Positions 59,601-64,000 of a stretch of DNA of 64,000 nucleotides are shown here, one piece after another. Each line of letters begins with the position of its first letter. Within the stretch, counting starts at the first letter, position 1. The stretch spans positions 82,834,001 to 82,898,000 of the forward strand of contig NC_058368.1 of assembly GCF_018350175.1 (NCBI RefSeq), in the 5' to 3' direction. The position numbers and the translations under genes were made by a program. Source of the DNA: Felis catus. Lineage: Eukaryota. Below the pieces are notes generated by a model that was not told the DNA's origin, did not search any database, and saw only the letters and a list, made by a program, of their open reading frames with translations.

Positions 59601-62600
59601 GGATAGAAAATATTTATCATATAAATGGATGTCAAAAGGAAGTTGAAGTAATATCTCTATCAGACAAAACAATGCACTTTAAAACAGAGTTCTCAGCAAG
59701 ACAAAGGACACTATATAATAATAGGAAGGACAATTTGACAAGATTATATAACAACTGTAAATATATATACACCCACATGGGAACATCCAAATACATAAAA
59801 CAGTTAATAGCAAACATAAAAGAACTAATTGATAGTAACACAATAATAGTTGAGGATTTTAACACTCCACTTACATTGATGGAGAGATCATCCAAACAGA
59901 CAATAAAAGAAGGAAACAGTAGATCGAATGACACACTGGACCAAATGGATTGAACACAAATATTCATAACATTCCATGCTAAAATACTGGAATACACATT
60001 CCTTTCAAGTGCACATAAAACATTCTCCAAAATAGATCGCACATTAGGCCACTAAACAAGTCTCAACAAATTCAAAAACATTGAAGCAATTTCATGCATT
60101 TTTATGAACACAACAGTATGAAATCATAAATCAACCACCAGATAAATCTGTAAAAACACAAAAACATGGAGGTTAAATAACATGTATTACTAAAAAATGA
60201 ATGGATAAGCCAATAAATAATAATAATTGTAATAATCGAAAAGTACGTAGCAACAAACACAAATGAAAACATTATGGTCCAAAAGCTTTGGGATGCAGCA
60301 AAAGCCATTCTAAGAAGGAAGTTTATAGCAAGGCAGGCCTATATCAAGAAGCAATAAAAAACTCAAGTAAGCAATCAAAACTTACACCTAAAGGAGGTAT
60401 AAAAAGAATAATAAACTCCAAAATCAGTAGAAGGCAGAAATACTAAAGTTTAGAGGAGAAAAAGAAAATAACATAGAAACGAAAACAAAAACCATAAAAC
60501 AAAAAATAAAACATATCAAGGAAACCCGGATCTTGTTCATTGAAAAGATGAACAAAATTGATAAATCTCTAGCCACACTCATCAAAAGGATGTATGTATA
60601 GAGAGAAGACTGAAATTTAAGAAAAAAAATCACCAGTGAAAGCTTAAATAACCAACACCACAAAAATACAATGAAATGTATAAGAGGTTATGAAAATGTC
60701 TAAGCCAAAAAATTACAATAAATGCATAAACTCTTAGAAGGATGTAGCCTATCACAACTAAAGTATAAATTAATAGAAAATTTGAACAAACGAATTACCA
60801 GCACTGAAATTGAATCAGTAATCCAAACATTCTCAACAAACATAAACCACGACCAGATAGCTTCACAGGGAATTTTCACCAAACATTTAAGGAAGAATTA
60901 GTAGCTGTTTTACTTAAACTATTCTACAAAATATTAGAAAAAAATCTTAAAAATTCATTGTGTGAGATATCACTCTGATACCAAAGCCAGATAAATATAC
61001 CACAAAAAAAGGAGAAATAGAGGTTAATAGACCTGATGAACATAGGTCCAAAAAACATCAACATAATAGCAAGCCAAATTCAACAATACATTAAAAAAAT
61101 CATTCACAGGACATGCTATGCTGGCAGCATGGAGACTGCTTAGGATTCTCTCTTTCTTCCTTTCCCTCTTCCTTTCCCCAACACACTCTCTTTCAAAATA
61201 CATAAATAAACTTAAGGAAACAAAGTCATTCACCACAAAAAAGTGGGATTTATTCTTGAGTTACAAGTATGGTTCAATATTCACAAATCCATAAACATGA
61301 TACATCACGTCAATAAGAGGAAGGATGAAAATCATAAGACCATCTCAATTGATTTAGAAAAAACACTTGACTTGGGGCACCTGGGTGGCTCAGTTGCGCT
61401 TTAGACTCTGGCTCAGGTCATGATCTCACAGCTCATGGGTTTGAGCCCCGTGTCGGGCTCTGTGCTCAGAGCCTGGAGACTTCTTTGGATTCTGTGTTTC
61501 CCTCTCTCCCTGTCCCTCCCCCACTTGTGCTCTGTCTCTCTCTCAAAAATAAATAAATATTAAAAAGTTTAAGAAAAAAAGGAAAAAGCACTTGACAAAG
61601 TGCTTCATGCACCCATTCATGGTAAAAGCCCTCACAAAATAGGTTCAGAAAGATAATACTGAACATAATAGTCCTATATGAAAAACTTACAGTGAGCATC
61701 ATACACATGAGGAAAAACTGAGAGCTTTAACCCTAAAGTTCTCATGACAAGGATATCCGCTCTCAGCATTTTTATTCAACATTGTACTGGAAGTGCTAGT
61801 CACACCAATAAAAAAAAGGAGTGGCATCCCAATTGGTAAAAATCAAGTAAAACTTTAAACAATAAAGAAAAGGAAATAAAACTCACTCTTTTGCATGTTA
61901 CATGGTGCCATATGTGTGTGTGTCACCCTAAAGACTGTATCAAAAACTACTAGAACTGATAAATGAATTAAGTAATGTTGCAGGATACAAGATCAATGTT
62001 CAGAAATCTGTTGCATTCTATAATAATGAAGCTGCAGAAAGAGAAATTTAAAAAGAATTTCATTTATAATTATAAGATACCTATGAATAAACTTAAAGAG
62101 GTGAAAAATTTGTACTTGAAAGCTACAAGACATTAGTGAAAGAAATAAAAGAGGACACAAGGAAATGCTCATGGATTGGGAGAACAAATATCATTAAAAT
62201 GTATATACTACCCAAAACAATCTACACATTTTATTTAATCCCTATCAAAATACCAACAGAATTTTTCACAGAACTAGAACAGAGAATTCTAAAGTTTATT
62301 TGGAACCACAATAGACCTTGAGTAGCCAAAAGAACATTGAAGAAGAAGAGCAAAACTGGAGGTATCACAATTCTTGAATTCAATTTATATTATAGTTGGA
62401 GTAATCAAAACAGTAAGGTACTGACACAAAAATGGTCTCATAGATCAATAGAACAGGATAGGAAACCCGGAAATATAGCCACAACTTTATTTTTAAATAA
62501 TCTGCAACAAACCAGGAAATAATTTTCAATGGTAAAAGGACAATCTGTTCAACAACTGTTATGGGGAAAATTGGTCAGCTACGCATGAAACAATGTAAAT

Positions 62601-63092
62601 GGACTACTTCTTACACCATATACAAAAGTAAACTCAAAATGGATTAATGACCTAAGTGTGAGACCTGAAACCATAAAAATCTTAGAAGAGAACACAGACG
62701 GTAGTTTCTCACAGACATATTTCTAGATATGTCCCCTGAGACAAGAGAAATAAGAACAAAAATAAACTATGGACTATGAAAAATTAAACAAAACAAAACA
62801 ACAAACTTCAGAACAGCAAAGTAAAAATGAATAAAAAAAGCAACGTACTGAATGGAAGAAGACATGTGCAAATGACATACCTGATAAAAAGGTTGGAATC
62901 CAAAATATGTAAAGAACTGTTACAAATCAAAACCCCCAAAATAATCCAATTAAAAATGGGCTGAAAAATGAACAGATATTTCTCCAAGGAAGACAGCTAG
63001 GTGACCAACAGGCCCATGTAAAGATGCTCACAGTACTCAACAGGGAAATGCAAATCAAAACTACAATGTGATTTCACTTCAAACCTGTAATA
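56611..63092 (+). mobile_element. Long decayed carnivore L1 (5' UTR, ORF1, most of ORF2; 3' end missing)
   Basis: caagatggc start; ORF1 remnants (LREISDLIKRNNIFIIRI, FEEIMAEN); endonuclease (NTIIVEDFNTPLTLMERSS); ORF2 ([30 protein letters not shown]); many stops and frameshifts. Confidence 0.9.
61374..61620 (+). mobile_element. CAN-SINE inserted in L1 ORF2
   Basis: ggggcacctgggtggctcag head; TSD aaaa(a/g)cacttgac. Confidence 0.88.
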
Positions 63093-63354
63093 ATCTATTA
63101 GTTTCAGCAGTAGAATTCAGTGATTCATCACTGACATAAATCACATATTTAACATTTCATTTGCTGTTCTTTTGTGTATTTTTGTATTTTTTGTAAAGAT
63201 ATTTAACTCATTGATTTTAAATAAAATTTAAATTATATATATATGCCCCAGTCAAGTGCTTTTCCTAAATCTATTGAGATGATCTCTCTCTCTATATATA
63301 TACATACACACACACAAATTTGAACCAAAAGTATACATTTGTAAATACAATATA

Positions 63355-63540
63355 GGGGTGTCTGGTGGCTCAGTATGCTAGGTGTCTGAGTTCATTTCAG
63401 CTCAGTTCATAATCTCTTGGACTGTGTCCTCACGTTCTGCATCATGCTTTGTGCTGATACTGTGGAGCCAGCTTGGGATTCTCTCTCTCCCTCTCTCTCT
63501 GACTTTCACCCACTTGCTCTCTCTCAAAGTAAGTTGAAAA
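63355..63540 (+). mobile_element. Diverged CAN-SINE
   Basis: ggggtgtctggtggctcag...ggagccagcttgggattctctctctccc. Confidence 0.75.
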
Positions 63541-63837
63541 GATAAATATAATATATCATAATAAATATATAACATATAATTTAGTATACAAATATATTTA
63601 TAATATATATTATATATACATATATATATACACCCACACACATGTTCACAACTGCTGTCAATACCCATCACCCATTTAACACTGCAAACCTTGCCTCCAA
63701 AAACTCTTAGCTTGTTCTCTATAGTTAGTCTGTTTCATGATTTGCTTCTAAAATAAATAAATAAATAAATAAACAACCAACCAACAGATATGGACTTCTA
63801 ATTCTGGCATCTAAAAACAAGTTAGAGAATTTTTATT

Positions 63838-64000
63838 CCTTTTTAAATTTATTTATTTAAATTCAAGTTTCTTGACATACAGTGTAGTATTGGTTTCAGG
63901 ATTAAAACCCAGTGATTCATCACTTACATATCCCCAAAATCACCCTCCCTAATGCCCATCACCCATTTAGCCCATCCCCTCACATCCCCTCTAGCAATGC
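63838..64000 (-). mobile_element. Carnivore L1 3' end (continues beyond window)
   Basis: T-rich tail then catacagtgtagtattggtttcagg...agtgattcatcacttaca...gcccatcacccattt. Confidence 0.75.

Noticed and set aside
1..64000. tRNA genes
   Set aside because: All tRNA-like A/B-box sequences are heads of CAN-SINEs.

Overview
Eukaryotic (mammalian) DNA from a carnivore, almost certainly a felid: it carries many tRNA-derived CAN-SINEs, carnivore-type L1s and the ~483-bp FA-SAT satellite. The left third holds one intact gene, CHAMP1 (ZNF828), on the minus strand, with a single coding exon (11666-14137, 823 aa) and a CpG-island promoter at ~22.4-23.3 kb. To its right the window becomes a subtelomere/pericentromere-like mosaic: degenerate CCCTAA repeats, two TTAGGG blocks interleaved with highly diverged FA-SAT monomers, a ~21-monomer FA-SAT array (34.8-44.6 kb), a 9.3-kb non-satellite block containing an isolated, stop-bearing copy of a VOPP1 exon with intact splice sites, a second CpG-richer FA-SAT array (53.9-55.5 kb) and a decayed long L1. 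Main points of interest: the VOPP1 fragment trapped between satellite arrays; telomere tracts sitting in a fixed phase of the oldest FA-SAT monomers; both arrays ending at the same monomer position; and a diverged copy of CHAMP1 coding sequence inside CHAMP1's own intron. Family and gene names come from recognition of the sequence, not from database searches, and repeat boundaries are approximate.
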